Assembly (NCBI GenBank): GCA_036265815.1
Contig: DATAOI010000049.1
Location: 12,126-76,125, forward strand
Source: Gemmatimonadales bacterium
GTDB lineage: Bacteria; Gemmatimonadota; Gemmatimonadetes; Gemmatimonadales; GWC2-71-9
Direction of reading: 5' to 3'
DNA length: 64,000 bases
The translations under genes and the position numbers were made by a program. Positions 26,549-35,382 of this stretch are shown here, piece after piece. Numbering within the stretch: position 1 is the stretch's first letter; the number at the start of each line of letters is the position of its first letter. The notes below the pieces were generated by a model. It had not been told where the DNA came from. It saw nothing but the letters and a program-made list of their open reading frames with translations, and did not search any database.

Positions 26549-26932
26549 ATGAGTCTCCGATCCTGCATCCCGGTGATTCCGAGCGCGGACTTGGAGAAGA
26601 CCCTCCGCCTGTGGGTCGACGGTCTTGGCTTCAGCATGGAATCAGAAATGAGAGCAGAGGGTCGGCTGGTTTGCTGTATGCTGCGCAACAGCCAGTTGTA
26701 TTTCATGCTGAATCAGCGGGCCGGGTCGCCAGTGACACCGGATAATTATGAAGGCATCCGGCTCTACTGGACCCCGGCCGACATCCATGGGACCGGGCAG
26801 CGGTTGATACGGCTCGGGTACACGGTATCAGAGCTCGTGGACCGAGACTACGGACAAACCGAGTTCTTGCTGACGGACGACGACGGTTACTCCCATTGCT
26901 TTGGTGTGCCGACCCGCGCAGCGCAACCCTAG
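26549..26932 (+). CDS. VOC/glyoxalase/bleomycin-resistance-family protein
   Basis: 127 aa. AAGGAG lies before the ATG. ...IPVIPSADLEKTLRLWVDGLGF... and ...DRDYGQTEFLLTDDDGYSHCF follow the VOC beta-alpha-beta pattern. G+C is visibly lower than in neighbouring genes. Confidence 0.75.
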   Translation: MSLRSCIPVIPSADLEKTLRLWVDGLGFSMESEMRAEGRLVCCMLRNSQLYFMLNQRAGSPVTPDNYEGIRLYWTPADIHGTGQRLIRLGYTVSELVDRDYGQTEFLLTDDDGYSHCFGVPTRAAQP

Positions 26933-26966
26933 CTGACGAATCGCCGCTCTTCATCCCGGAGCTACC

Positions 26967-27569
26967 GTGGATTTCCCGCACCTGATTCTCGCTCGCGTGT
27001 ACGAGCATATCGAGCCCATCGACCGGGGCGATCGCTACGAGGATCCGCTTCAAGCTACCCTCGAGAAGATGGGGATCGGCCGCGTGACCGGCGGAGGCTC
27101 CCAGCTCAACGAGCTGGGGGGCATTACTCACGCGGATGTCGAGATCGAACTCGCCAATATCGATGAGGCACTGCGGATTGTCGCGGAGGCACTCGAGCAA
27201 GCGGGTGCACCGCAGGGTTCCGAGCTCATCCAGGCGTCGGATGGCCGAGTGTTGCGCGACTTCGGCAAGCTGCAATGCCTGGCGATCTACTTGGACGGCA
27301 CCAGCCTGCCCGACGAGGTCTATGCCGACCTCGATTTCGAGGCGGTGGTCGCAGCGCTCGGCGCCGCAGCTGGTGACAACAGCTACCGAGGCCTGTGGCA
27401 AGGTCCTGAGGAAACCGGCATGTTCTTCTTTGGACCGGATGCCGAAGCGATGTTCGCACGCGTTGAGCCGGTGCTCCATGGCTTCCCGATCGGCCAGAAT
27501 GCCCGCGTCGTTGTCCGACATGGCAAGCAAAGCCTGCGTCCGCGCGAGGTCCGCATGCCACGGCAGTAG
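26967..27569 (+). CDS. hypothetical acidic protein
   Basis: 200 aa, GTG start after GGAG, coding-like third-position bias, no motif recognised. The 294-aa antisense ORF (26703-27587) is rejected. Confidence 0.6.
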   Translation: MDFPHLILARVYEHIEPIDRGDRYEDPLQATLEKMGIGRVTGGGSQLNELGGITHADVEIELANIDEALRIVAEALEQAGAPQGSELIQASDGRVLRDFGKLQCLAIYLDGTSLPDEVYADLDFEAVVAALGAAAGDNSYRGLWQGPEETGMFFFGPDAEAMFARVEPVLHGFPIGQNARVVVRHGKQSLRPREVRMPRQ

Positions 27570-27647
27570 ATGAAAACGCCCGACCACGTCAGGTCAGCCA
27601 TTGGCATGAATCAGCCATTTTGCATCAAAGGGATCGGGAGCACGAGA

Positions 27648-28115
27648 ATGCTGGAGGGCATCCGTCGTTTTGTCCGCGAGCGGCTCACCGGGGCCCCGGA
27701 GACGCCAGTTGGCGCGGGGCCGGCCGCCCCTAGCCGGGTCCAGCTCGCGGCCTGCGCGCTGCTGCTCGAGCTGGCGCACGCCGACGGCGAGTTCAGCGCC
27801 GAGGAGCGGGAGCACATCGAGCGCACGCTCGTGCACCATTTCGGGCTGGATGCCACTATAGGTGCCGAACTGCTCCGACTCGCGGAGGCGGAGCGTGCAG
27901 AGTCGCTGGACCACTTCCAGTTCACTCGTCTGATCGCGGCCGAGTACGATCTGGGGCAGAAAATGGTGCTCGCGGAGGTGATGTGGGGTGTCATTTTGGC
28001 TGACGGCCGGCTCAGTGATCACGAAACGCACCTGGTTCGCAAGCTGGCGAGCTTGATGCAGCTGGAGCCGGCCTATCTCGCGCAGGCGCGCCGCGCGGCC
28101 ACGAAGGCAGGCTAA
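27648..28115 (+). CDS. TerB-family (tellurite-resistance-like) protein
   Basis: ...AACALLLELAHADGEFSAEEREHIERTL..., ...VMWGVILADGRLSDHETHLVRKLASLMQL... shows the TerB helix pattern. ATG 27648 follows GGGAG; the track start 27570 is an alternative. Confidence 0.7.
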   Translation: MLEGIRRFVRERLTGAPETPVGAGPAAPSRVQLAACALLLELAHADGEFSAEEREHIERTLVHHFGLDATIGAELLRLAEAERAESLDHFQFTRLIAAEYDLGQKMVLAEVMWGVILADGRLSDHETHLVRKLASLMQLEPAYLAQARRAATKAG

Positions 28116-28561
28116 GTCATCATATCGCGCGTGGCTTGCGCCGCACGGCTGAGCGCCTGCCATCTCTTTCCGCGGGAGGAGCGATGTCGACGGCGCTCCA
28201 GCCAAGCAGCAGCCGGACCGGTCGAGCTCGCGCGGATCCACCGTGCGACCCTCGTACGTGCCCTCGTGGGCGGTCTGGGGCGGCACACTGGCCCTTCGGC
28301 ACCTGGGGCCGTCCGTCCGACTCTCGCTTGATGTGCTCCTGGCGATTGGCGGGGCGCGGGCCGCCGCCCCAGGCCGACGCGCGGGCGGTCCCGTGTTCGG
28401 CGAGCACGGTAATTGGACGAGCCTGATCATCGCCCTGCCGATCGGTTTCGGCATCGCGGCCGCCGCGGAGTTGTGGCATCTCCTTCGAGGCACCGGCGGC
28501 TCGGTCCGGTTGGGCGGACGCCCACATGATGTAATCGCGCCCCCGCGAGCGTACGGCGATC

Positions 28562-28948
28562 ATGAGCGCAGTGCGGCGATTCTCACGCGATGTCGTCACC
28601 ACCATTCGTGACGGTCAGATCTTGGGCCTTCGCGCCGGGAAACAACCACACCGCTTCATTGGCATATGGGCAGTGGTGGTCGAGGGCCGCGTGTTCGTGC
28701 GCTCCTGGGCTCTGAAGCCCCGAAGCTGGTACCGGACGTTCCTGGCTGACCCGGTGGGAGTCATCCAGGTGGCAGGGCGGAAGCTTCGGGTTCGCGCCGT
28801 GCACACTCGGAGCGAACGCGTGAAGTCAGCAGTCGATCGCGCGTACGTGTCCAAGTACGATACGCCGGGAGCGCTCAAGTACGCCCGAGACCTCTGCCGG
28901 TCGAAGTCGCGGGCGACGACGACCGAGCTGGTACCGCTCGGCCGTTGA
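28562..28948 (+). CDS. DUF2255-family protein
   Basis: ...PHRFIGIWAVVVEGRVFVRSW...SWY..., ...VDRAYVSKYDTPG..., ...TTTELVPL matches my recollection of DUF2255. Confidence 0.65.
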   Translation: MSAVRRFSRDVVTTIRDGQILGLRAGKQPHRFIGIWAVVVEGRVFVRSWALKPRSWYRTFLADPVGVIQVAGRKLRVRAVHTRSERVKSAVDRAYVSKYDTPGALKYARDLCRSKSRATTTELVPLGR

Positions 28949-29036
28949 TGGCCCTCGGCGTATTCTTGGCGTGCGCCGGTGAATGGCAATACGCCGATCC
29001 CACGGCCGACTTCGAGACCATCCCCGCGAGACGAGC

Positions 29037-29543
29037 ATGCATCCGCAACGATCTCTGACGGTTCGTGAAATCCGGCCCGATGAGTTTGACCTCGTCTGGC
29101 CTGTCTTTCACGCCGTCATCTCGAGCGGAGATACCTACGCCTACTCACCCCACCTGACCATCGACGAGGCTCGGACAACCTGGACTGCGCCTCCGGCGCG
29201 TGCCTTCTTAGCCGAACTGGATGGCACCGTCGTCGCGACGTACACGTTGCGTCCGAATCAGCCGGGGCTGGGAAACCACGTCGCCAACGCCGGATATATG
29301 GTGGCACCTGGGGCACGAGGCCAAGGAATTGCCGGCACGCTCTGCGAGCACTCGATCGAGACTGCGCGCGGTGCCGGGTTCACTGCCATGCAATTCAATT
29401 TCGTGGTAAGCTCCAACGAAGGTGCCGTTCGACTCTGGCAGCGCTGCGGCTTCAGCATCGTCGGGCAGGTCCCGGCTGCTTTTCGGCATTCCGAACGTGG
29501 ACTGACAGACGTATTCATCATGCACCGCTTTCTGTCGCCATGA
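29037..29543 (+). CDS. GNAT-family N-acetyltransferase
   Basis: ...VAPGARGQGIAGTL... (acetyl-CoA Q/R-x-x-G-x-G/A motif), ...FNFVVSSNEGAVRLWQRCGF... Confidence 0.85.
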   Translation: MHPQRSLTVREIRPDEFDLVWPVFHAVISSGDTYAYSPHLTIDEARTTWTAPPARAFLAELDGTVVATYTLRPNQPGLGNHVANAGYMVAPGARGQGIAGTLCEHSIETARGAGFTAMQFNFVVSSNEGAVRLWQRCGFSIVGQVPAAFRHSERGLTDVFIMHRFLSP

Positions 29544-30064
29544 GCGCAGCGTCCGAGCCCGTCCTCAACCGGATCGCAGCAGTGGGTCTCTTCGTCGGCG
29601 CTGCGTTCGGGCTTGCCGGGACGCTCGTCGCCTCGCCCTACCTGCAGGCGAGCTTGTGGGCAATCGATAGCGTTGGCCTGGTGATCGCCACCAGCCTGCT
29701 GGCGGTGAAGTACTTCCGCGCCGGGGCGGATATCGTGGCCGCCGGCTTCCTGGTATTCGCGATTGGCGAGGGCGTCCTGCTGTCGGGAACGGCCGCCGGC
29801 CCGAGTGCCAGCGTCCCGGCGTTTGCCGCCGGCACGGCGTTGTGGGCAGCGGCTCTGGCCCTCATCAGCGCGCCGCGACAATTGCCGCCGTGGCTGCGTC
29901 TGTTGGGCGGAGCGGCGGCCTGTCTGTTCGCGATCACGTCAGCTCGCATCTATTCCGGCGACGCGCTGTTGCCCACCTCGTCGCCCCTCCCGTTCTTCGG
30001 CTATCCCTTTCTGGTAGCGACCTTGCTGGGGTGGGCCTGGACGCTGGTCCAGGAACGGAGCTGA
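29540..30064 (+). CDS. hypothetical integral membrane protein (about 5 TM)
   Basis: 174 aa, hydrophobic throughout. ATG 29540 overlaps the GNAT TGA (ATGA). Confidence 0.65.
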   Translation: MSAASEPVLNRIAAVGLFVGAAFGLAGTLVASPYLQASLWAIDSVGLVIATSLLAVKYFRAGADIVAAGFLVFAIGEGVLLSGTAAGPSASVPAFAAGTALWAAALALISAPRQLPPWLRLLGGAAACLFAITSARIYSGDALLPTSSPLPFFGYPFLVATLLGWAWTLVQERS

Positions 30065-30099
30065 GCGTCGCACCGGCGAAGTACACGGCGGAGATTCAC

Positions 30100-30540
30100 A
30101 TGAGCGTTGCACCAATCCCAGAATCAGATACGGCCGCGCAGGGCGACACGGGCACGTTCCACGGCCGCAGCCTCGAGGCTTCACTGACAGTGAGGGACCT
30201 CGAGAAGAGCCTGGCGTGGTACCATGACGTCCTCGGATTCGCGATCGACCGAAGGTACGAGCGCGAGGGCAAGCTCATAGCGGTCGCGCTCCGGGGCGGG
30301 AATGTACGACTGCTGATCGGCCAGGATGACGGAGCCAAGGGATGGGACCGCACCAAGGGCGAGGGGATCTCGCTGCAGATCACGACGGAACAGAACGTCG
30401 ATGAGATCGCGGGACGCATTCAGGCACGCGGTGGCGCTCTCGCTCTTGGGCCCACGGACTCACCGTGGGGAACGCGCATGTTCCGTCTGCAGGACCCAGA
30501 CGGGTTCAAGCTCACGATCTCATCCGGCCGTCCGGCCTGA
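30100..30540 (+). CDS. VOC/glyoxalase-family protein
   Basis: ...LEASLTVRDLEKSLAWYHDVLGF..., ...PWGTRMFRLQDPDGFKLTI. The ATG at 30100 was chosen inside the longer track ORF. Confidence 0.8.
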   Translation: MSVAPIPESDTAAQGDTGTFHGRSLEASLTVRDLEKSLAWYHDVLGFAIDRRYEREGKLIAVALRGGNVRLLIGQDDGAKGWDRTKGEGISLQITTEQNVDEIAGRIQARGGALALGPTDSPWGTRMFRLQDPDGFKLTISSGRPA

Positions 30541-30641
30541 CCCGCGAGCGTGGGATGAGCGTTTCCAGCTATGATCGCCTGCGTTGCCCGCTGAAGGAAG
30601 CCAGGGCGCGCCAAGGCACAAGCCCCACGGGAGGTACCATC

Positions 30642-30902
30642 TTGACCAGCCTGACTCGGTTTCTGCCGGCCATGCTGGCTGCGACCCTTCTTGGCGGGTG
30701 CGCGGCCAGCGCCCAGACTGCGTCAACTCACGTACGCACCGGGCCAGACTGCTCATTTCGCTCAGCCACCACGTGCTGGACGGTCGCGGCGCGATTTCCG
30801 GCCGCACGATCCGAGACCGGCGATTCAATCGCCAAGGAGCTCCGCCGACCGACCCCACGGACGCTCGCGAGCCGAGCCGATAGCAGCCAGGGTGTGCGTT
30901 AG
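30642..30902 (+). CDS. possible small lipoprotein
   Basis: TTG 30642 lies 7 nt after GGGAGG and gives MTSLTRFLPAMLAATLLGGC (lipobox). Third-position G+C is moderately high. No homology is recognisable. Confidence 0.4.
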   Translation: MTSLTRFLPAMLAATLLGGCAASAQTASTHVRTGPDCSFRSATTCWTVAARFPAARSETGDSIAKELRRPTPRTLASRADSSQGVR

Positions 30903-31047
30903 CGGCGCTCCTTGGGTGGAAAGATCGAGGCAAGCGGTCATACATTGACTCGTCAGGCGCTACCCGCCGGGCGAGCAAGGGCACAGGTCTATTACGAGTA
31001 AAGGGCTCGCGGTGATCCAGGACAGTAGCCGAGCTGGAAGGCTGAGA

Positions 31048-31614
31048 ATGGCCGCGCAACCTTTGGTGACACGCCGGGCCGATGTGATCCCTGATCCTTG
31101 GGATACGATCCTCGACGCCTGGCGCACCAACAATCAGGTGATGGTCTTCCTCGTCGAGCACCTGCCGCCGGGGCTGTGGGCAACTACCATTCCCGGGGCG
31201 CCCCGTCGAAACATCCGGATGATCGCGGGCCACATTCACAATGCGCGCTGCAGGTGGATCAAGACCTTGGGTCAGGAGCTCGGGGTCACCGTGCCGCGCA
31301 GTGTCGACCGGCGGCGTGTCGGGCGTAAGGAATTGATCCCGGCACTGGAGCGGAGTGGGCGAGGCATCCTCCGCCTCCTCACTCTCGGCTGTGAGCATGG
31401 CGGAATGATTCCGGCGACTTCGACCTATGTCTGGCGCAATCTACCCCTCGATGTCGGGCACGTCTTGACCTATTTCGTCGCTCACGAGGCGCACCACCGC
31501 GGCCAGATCGTCCTGGTGGCGCGGGCAGCCGGCTATCGGTTGCCCTCAGCGGCGACTGACGGGCTGTGGCAGTGGACGAAGCGTGCGGCTGAGGCGAAGC
31601 CGGAGCGGCGCTGA
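31048..31614 (+). CDS. DinB-family (DinB_2-like) metal-dependent protein
   Basis: ...IAGHIHNARCRW... and ...YFVAHEAHHRGQIV... (the His triad typical of the DinB four-helix bundle). ATG follows GGAAGG. Confidence 0.75.
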   Translation: MAAQPLVTRRADVIPDPWDTILDAWRTNNQVMVFLVEHLPPGLWATTIPGAPRRNIRMIAGHIHNARCRWIKTLGQELGVTVPRSVDRRRVGRKELIPALERSGRGILRLLTLGCEHGGMIPATSTYVWRNLPLDVGHVLTYFVAHEAHHRGQIVLVARAAGYRLPSAATDGLWQWTKRAAEAKPERR

Positions 31615-31673
31615 CGCCTCGTTTCTCGATGCGGGATTCGGCGAGGTTCCACCCTCCTCACAAGGAGATCTCC

Positions 31674-32054
31674 ATGCGCCCGAGCACCGTATTTCTCGCC
31701 GGCGGCATCCTGGGCCTGACGTTTGGTCTCAGTTTTCTGCTCGTGCCTGCCACCGTGCTTCCGTTGTATGGCGTGTCTCCAGACCCGGCCACCGTGCTGA
31801 TATCCCGCTTCTTCGGAGTCGCCCTCTTTCATCTGGGATTGCTGCTCTACCTGACCCGCGAGATCGCGCAAGGAAGTGTGCAGCGTGCGATGGCGCTCGA
31901 GGGAGTCGCTGGCTCCGTGGCCGGCGCAGTGGTGGCACTGATGGCGGTACTGGGCGGGCTGGTGAACGGCTTGGGATGGTCTACCGTCGCGATCTACGGG
32001 ATCTTTCTGGTTGGATATGCCGGGTGCGTGCGCGCACCTACCGCTACGCCGTGA
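31674..32054 (+). CDS. hypothetical membrane protein (4 TM)
   Basis: ATG 31674 lies 7 nt after AAGGAG. MRPSTVFLAGGILGLTFGLSFLLVP..., hydrophobic. Confidence 0.65.
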   Translation: MRPSTVFLAGGILGLTFGLSFLLVPATVLPLYGVSPDPATVLISRFFGVALFHLGLLLYLTREIAQGSVQRAMALEGVAGSVAGAVVALMAVLGGLVNGLGWSTVAIYGIFLVGYAGCVRAPTATP

Positions 32055-32081
32055 AGCCGCCGACGGACTCGAGAGAAAGAC

Positions 32082-32888
32082 ATGGACACTCAGCCGCGAT
32101 TGGAGTCGTGGGTCAGCGGCGCGGCCTATGACCCGTTCATGGGACGGTGGAGCGGGCGGATCGCCCATGAGTTCCTCCGCTGGCTTGGCCCGCGAGGTGG
32201 GGAGTGCTGGCTCGAGATGGGCTGTGGCACCGGCGCCCTGACGCGCACGATCACGGAAATGACAGCGCCTGGCCTGGTCCTCGCCACGGACCGGTCGACG
32301 GCCTATGTGACCTACGCACGGCAACGGGCCGACGCACCCGTCCGATTGGTGGCCGCGGATGCCACGCGGCTGCCGATACGTCCAGGTGTGGCGCACACCG
32401 TGGTGTCTGGCCTGCTTCTGAACTTCCTGCCGGTACCGGCTGCCGGAGTGCTCGAGATGGTCCGTGTGGCGCGGGTGGGCGGGACGGTGGCGGCCTACGT
32501 CTGGGACTACGCAGGCGGCATGGAGCTCCTACGGTTCTTCTGGGATACGGCCGTCGAGCTCGACTCCACGGCAGCGTCGCTTGACGAAGGCGGTCGCTTC
32601 CCTGTCTGTGAGCCCCGGGAGCTCACCCGGTTGTGGCAGGAGGCGGGTCTGGTGGAGGTGCAGAGCTCGGCCGTCCAAGTTCCCACACTGTTCCACGACT
32701 TCGAGGACTATTGGGATCCGTTTCTGGGGGCACAGGGGCCCGCCCCGGCCTACGCGGCGTCCCTGAGCGGCCCGCATCGAGTTGCGCTGCGCGAGCGTCT
32801 CCGTGCGCGCTTACCCAGAGGCACGGGCGGTCAGATTCAGCTGAGCGCGCGGGCATGGACCGTCCGCGGCCGCCGTGCCCCTACCTGA
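32082..32888 (+). CDS. class I SAM-dependent methyltransferase
   Basis: Motif I WLEMGCGTGALT and post-I ...LATDRS..., ...VSGLLLNFLP... Confidence 0.85.
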   Translation: MDTQPRLESWVSGAAYDPFMGRWSGRIAHEFLRWLGPRGGECWLEMGCGTGALTRTITEMTAPGLVLATDRSTAYVTYARQRADAPVRLVAADATRLPIRPGVAHTVVSGLLLNFLPVPAAGVLEMVRVARVGGTVAAYVWDYAGGMELLRFFWDTAVELDSTAASLDEGGRFPVCEPRELTRLWQEAGLVEVQSSAVQVPTLFHDFEDYWDPFLGAQGPAPAYAASLSGPHRVALRERLRARLPRGTGGQIQLSARAWTVRGRRAPT

Positions 32889-32923
32889 CGTCCCGCGCAT
32901 GACGACCTGGTGACCAGAAGAAA

Positions 32924-33286
32924 ATGCCGAGATTGATCGCACAGCCGACAGTGATCCAGGCCGCCGGGAACAAACCCAAGCGGATCGAGGAATACGCCGG
33001 GCGCGTGAACTCCGGCCATACCGGCGTCAGCGTCGCCCGGATGGTCTCTCCCGGCGGGTGGCAGGAGCCCGGGCAACGCCCCGAGTTCGAAGAGATCACG
33101 TTGGTGCTGCGCGGCCGACTCCGGATCGAGCATGATGGCGGCGTTCTCGAGGTCCGCGCGGGACAGGCCGTCGTGACCTCGCCCGGGGAGTGGGTACGTT
33201 ATAGCACGCCCGATCCGGAGGGTGCGGAGTACGTGGCCGTGTGCCTACCCGCCTTTGCCCCGGCCACCGTTCATCGAGATACCTAG
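32924..33286 (+). CDS. cupin-domain protein
   Basis: 120 aa. ...GWQEPGQRPEFEEITLVLRGRL...VRAGQAVV...GEWVRYS... shows cupin beta-barrel motifs. Confidence 0.75.
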   Translation: MPRLIAQPTVIQAAGNKPKRIEEYAGRVNSGHTGVSVARMVSPGGWQEPGQRPEFEEITLVLRGRLRIEHDGGVLEVRAGQAVVTSPGEWVRYSTPDPEGAEYVAVCLPAFAPATVHRDT

Positions 33287-33336
33287 CCTAGAGACGCCAC
33301 CGCGAGATCGCGGGCGGCACCACCCAGGGGCTCATC

Positions 33337-33699
33337 GTGTCGAATGGAAAGATCTGTTACGTCGAGATCCCCAGTGACGATGTCGAGCGCTCTGCCCGCT
33401 TCTACGTCGAGGTATTCGGCTGGACCGTCCGGATTCGCGGCGACGGTCAGCGGGCATTTGACGACTCGACCGGCGCCGTGAGCGGATCCTGGGTGCTCGG
33501 CCGTCCACCCCAGCGTCAACCTGGCATGCTCACTTACATCATGGTCGACAGCATCGAGCAGGCGCTGGGCCAGGTCACTGCCGCGGGCGGCACGGTGGTT
33601 ACGCCGCTGACGCCGCTCCACGCCGCCGGTGAGGCCTTTGCCACGTTCGCCGACCCCGGCGGGAACGTGGTCGGGCTCTATCAGCAGCCTCGGACCTGA
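33337..33699 (+). CDS. VOC/glyoxalase-family protein
   Basis: ...ICYVEIPSDDVERSARFYVEVFGW..., ...FATFADPGGNVVGLYQ. GTG start after AGGGG. Confidence 0.8.
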   Translation: MSNGKICYVEIPSDDVERSARFYVEVFGWTVRIRGDGQRAFDDSTGAVSGSWVLGRPPQRQPGMLTYIMVDSIEQALGQVTAAGGTVVTPLTPLHAAGEAFATFADPGGNVVGLYQQPRT

Positions 33700-33731
33700 A
33701 CGACGCGGCCCTCGATGAAGCAGCGACGTCC

Positions 33732-34061
33732 ATGCGGCTGACCGATATCCCCTTCGGCATCACCGATTGGCAGCAGATCGACTCCACCGAACACGCCGGT
33801 GAGGTCGGGTTCTCGCGGTGGCGCACGCGGCAGTTCGGGACGGTCAGGGTACGACTAGTGGAATACTCACCGGGGTATCGAGCGGATCATTGGTGCCGGA
33901 AGGGCCACATTCTATTTTGTGTGGCGGGCGAGCTGGAGACCGAGCTGGCGGATGGGCGGACATTTCGCCTCACGCCGGGCATGAGCTATCAGGTGGCGGA
34001 CGAGGCGGAGCCGCATCGCTCGCACACCACGACGGGAGCGACGCTGTTCATTGTCGACTGA
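33732..34061 (+). CDS. DHCW-motif cupin-fold protein
   Basis: 109 aa. ...VEYSPGYRADHWCRKGHILFCVAGEL...GMSYQV.D...HRS... carries the D-H-W-C variant of the DHCW motif. Confidence 0.65.
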   Translation: MRLTDIPFGITDWQQIDSTEHAGEVGFSRWRTRQFGTVRVRLVEYSPGYRADHWCRKGHILFCVAGELETELADGRTFRLTPGMSYQVADEAEPHRSHTTTGATLFIVD

Positions 34062-34085
34062 GCCGGTGGACACATCCTCGACCCG

Positions 34086-35321
34086 ATGGGGAAAGTCGTG
34101 GATCATCGTCTTCTAATTGTGACGCTCGTGATCGCCGGGTGCCGGGCGAGTGGGTCGAGTCCCGTTGTCTCACCGAAGCCCGCTAACAGCCGCTATCTCT
34201 TCGTCTGGGCGGGCGACTCCGACAAGCAGCAGAGTGACTTCCTGGCGGTAGTGGACATTGACCGCCGGAGCCCCACCTATGCCGAGGTGCTCACGACTTT
34301 ACCGGTCGGAGCGCTGGGAACGCGCCCGCACCACACCGAATACGAGATGCCCACGGCGGGGGTGCTCTGGGCCAATGGCTTTGCCGCAGGCCGGACGTTC
34401 CGGCTCGACCTGCGTGATCCCGCCCGGCCGCTCGTCGCCGGCTCGTTTGCCGACGCGGGCCCATTCAGCCATCCTCACAGCTTTGCACGACTCCCTGGCG
34501 GGAACGTCCTGGCAACGTTCCAGCATCGGGTCGATTCGGGAATGGCCGCCACCGGCGGCCTGGTGGAGCTCGACTCCGCCGGTCGAGTCGTACGTTTCGC
34601 ATCGGCCGCCGCCCCGACCGTGGACTCGACGATCCGGCCCTATAGCCTTGCCGTCGTGCCCGCTCTCGATCGCGTGCTCACCACCGCCACGGACATGCAC
34701 CTGGAAGTGCGGAGCCGGGCGGTTCAGATCTGGCGGCTGTCCGATCTGGCGCTGCTGCACACGCTCTTGCTGCCGCCGGGCCCGCGGGGTGAGGAGAATT
34801 GGCTCACCGCCGAGCCGCGCGTCCTGGCGGACGGCCGCACGGTGCTGGTCAATACCTTCACCTGCGGGCTCTACCGGCTGCGCGGTCTCGACGGCGACTC
34901 CCCCTCGGCGGAATGGGTGTACTCCACACCCTGGGCGAAAGGACTGAACTGCGCGGTCCCGGTCGTCGCCGGACACTTCTGGCTGCAGACCAGCGGCATG
35001 GAGCACGCGATATTGAGCCTCGACATTTCCGACCCTTCGCATCCCAGGGAAGTCAGCCGGCTGACCCTCGGTCCGGACCAGGTCCCGCACTGGATCGCGC
35101 TCGAGCCGTCGGGTGATCGTGTCGTGATCACCGGGTATCGAGATCTCGAACGCTGGGTCCTCCTGGCCAACCTCGACCGGGCAACCGGCAGCCTGCAGCT
35201 CGATACCACGTTCAAGGCTCCTGGCGCCGCGCGGCCCGGTGTCGACTTCGGTCGCGACCGGTGGCCCCACGGGGCCACCGGCCCGGCCGTGCCCCACGGC
35301 GCCGTGTTCGCTCGGCCCTGA
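34086..35321 (+). CDS. SBP56 (selenium-binding protein / methanethiol-oxidase)-like beta-propeller lipoprotein
   Basis: Lipobox LVIAGC. ...DFLAVVDIDRRSPTYAEVLTTLPVG..GTRPHHTEY... parallels human SBP56 ...[25 protein letters not shown]...ELHHSGWN. ...LSLDISDPSHPREVSRL... parallels ...QYDISDPQRPRLTGQ... Confidence 0.6.
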   Translation: MGKVVDHRLLIVTLVIAGCRASGSSPVVSPKPANSRYLFVWAGDSDKQQSDFLAVVDIDRRSPTYAEVLTTLPVGALGTRPHHTEYEMPTAGVLWANGFAAGRTFRLDLRDPARPLVAGSFADAGPFSHPHSFARLPGGNVLATFQHRVDSGMAATGGLVELDSAGRVVRFASAAAPTVDSTIRPYSLAVVPALDRVLTTATDMHLEVRSRAVQIWRLSDLALLHTLLLPPGPRGEENWLTAEPRVLADGRTVLVNTFTCGLYRLRGLDGDSPSAEWVYSTPWAKGLNCAVPVVAGHFWLQTSGMEHAILSLDISDPSHPREVSRLTLGPDQVPHWIALEPSGDRVVITGYRDLERWVLLANLDRATGSLQLDTTFKAPGAARPGVDFGRDRWPHGATGPAVPHGAVFARP

Positions 35322-35382
35322 GAGTCTCTCCAGGCTCCTCGAAGGCGCCAGGCGGACAGGTCTTTCCAAGGGAGGTGCAGCG

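Noticed and set aside
26703-27587. 294-aa - strand ORF overlapping the VOC gene end and the 26967-27569 gene.
   Set aside because: It would break the strict + strand organisation, and its product is Arg/His-rich without motifs. The + strand ORF has a better start context. My confidence in the rejection is moderate only.
28120-28605. 161-aa - strand ORF in the TerB/DUF2255 gap.
   Set aside because: The product is Arg/Gly/Asp-rich and unnatural-looking. It would terminate a few nucleotides after the TerB stop on the opposite strand. There is no start context.
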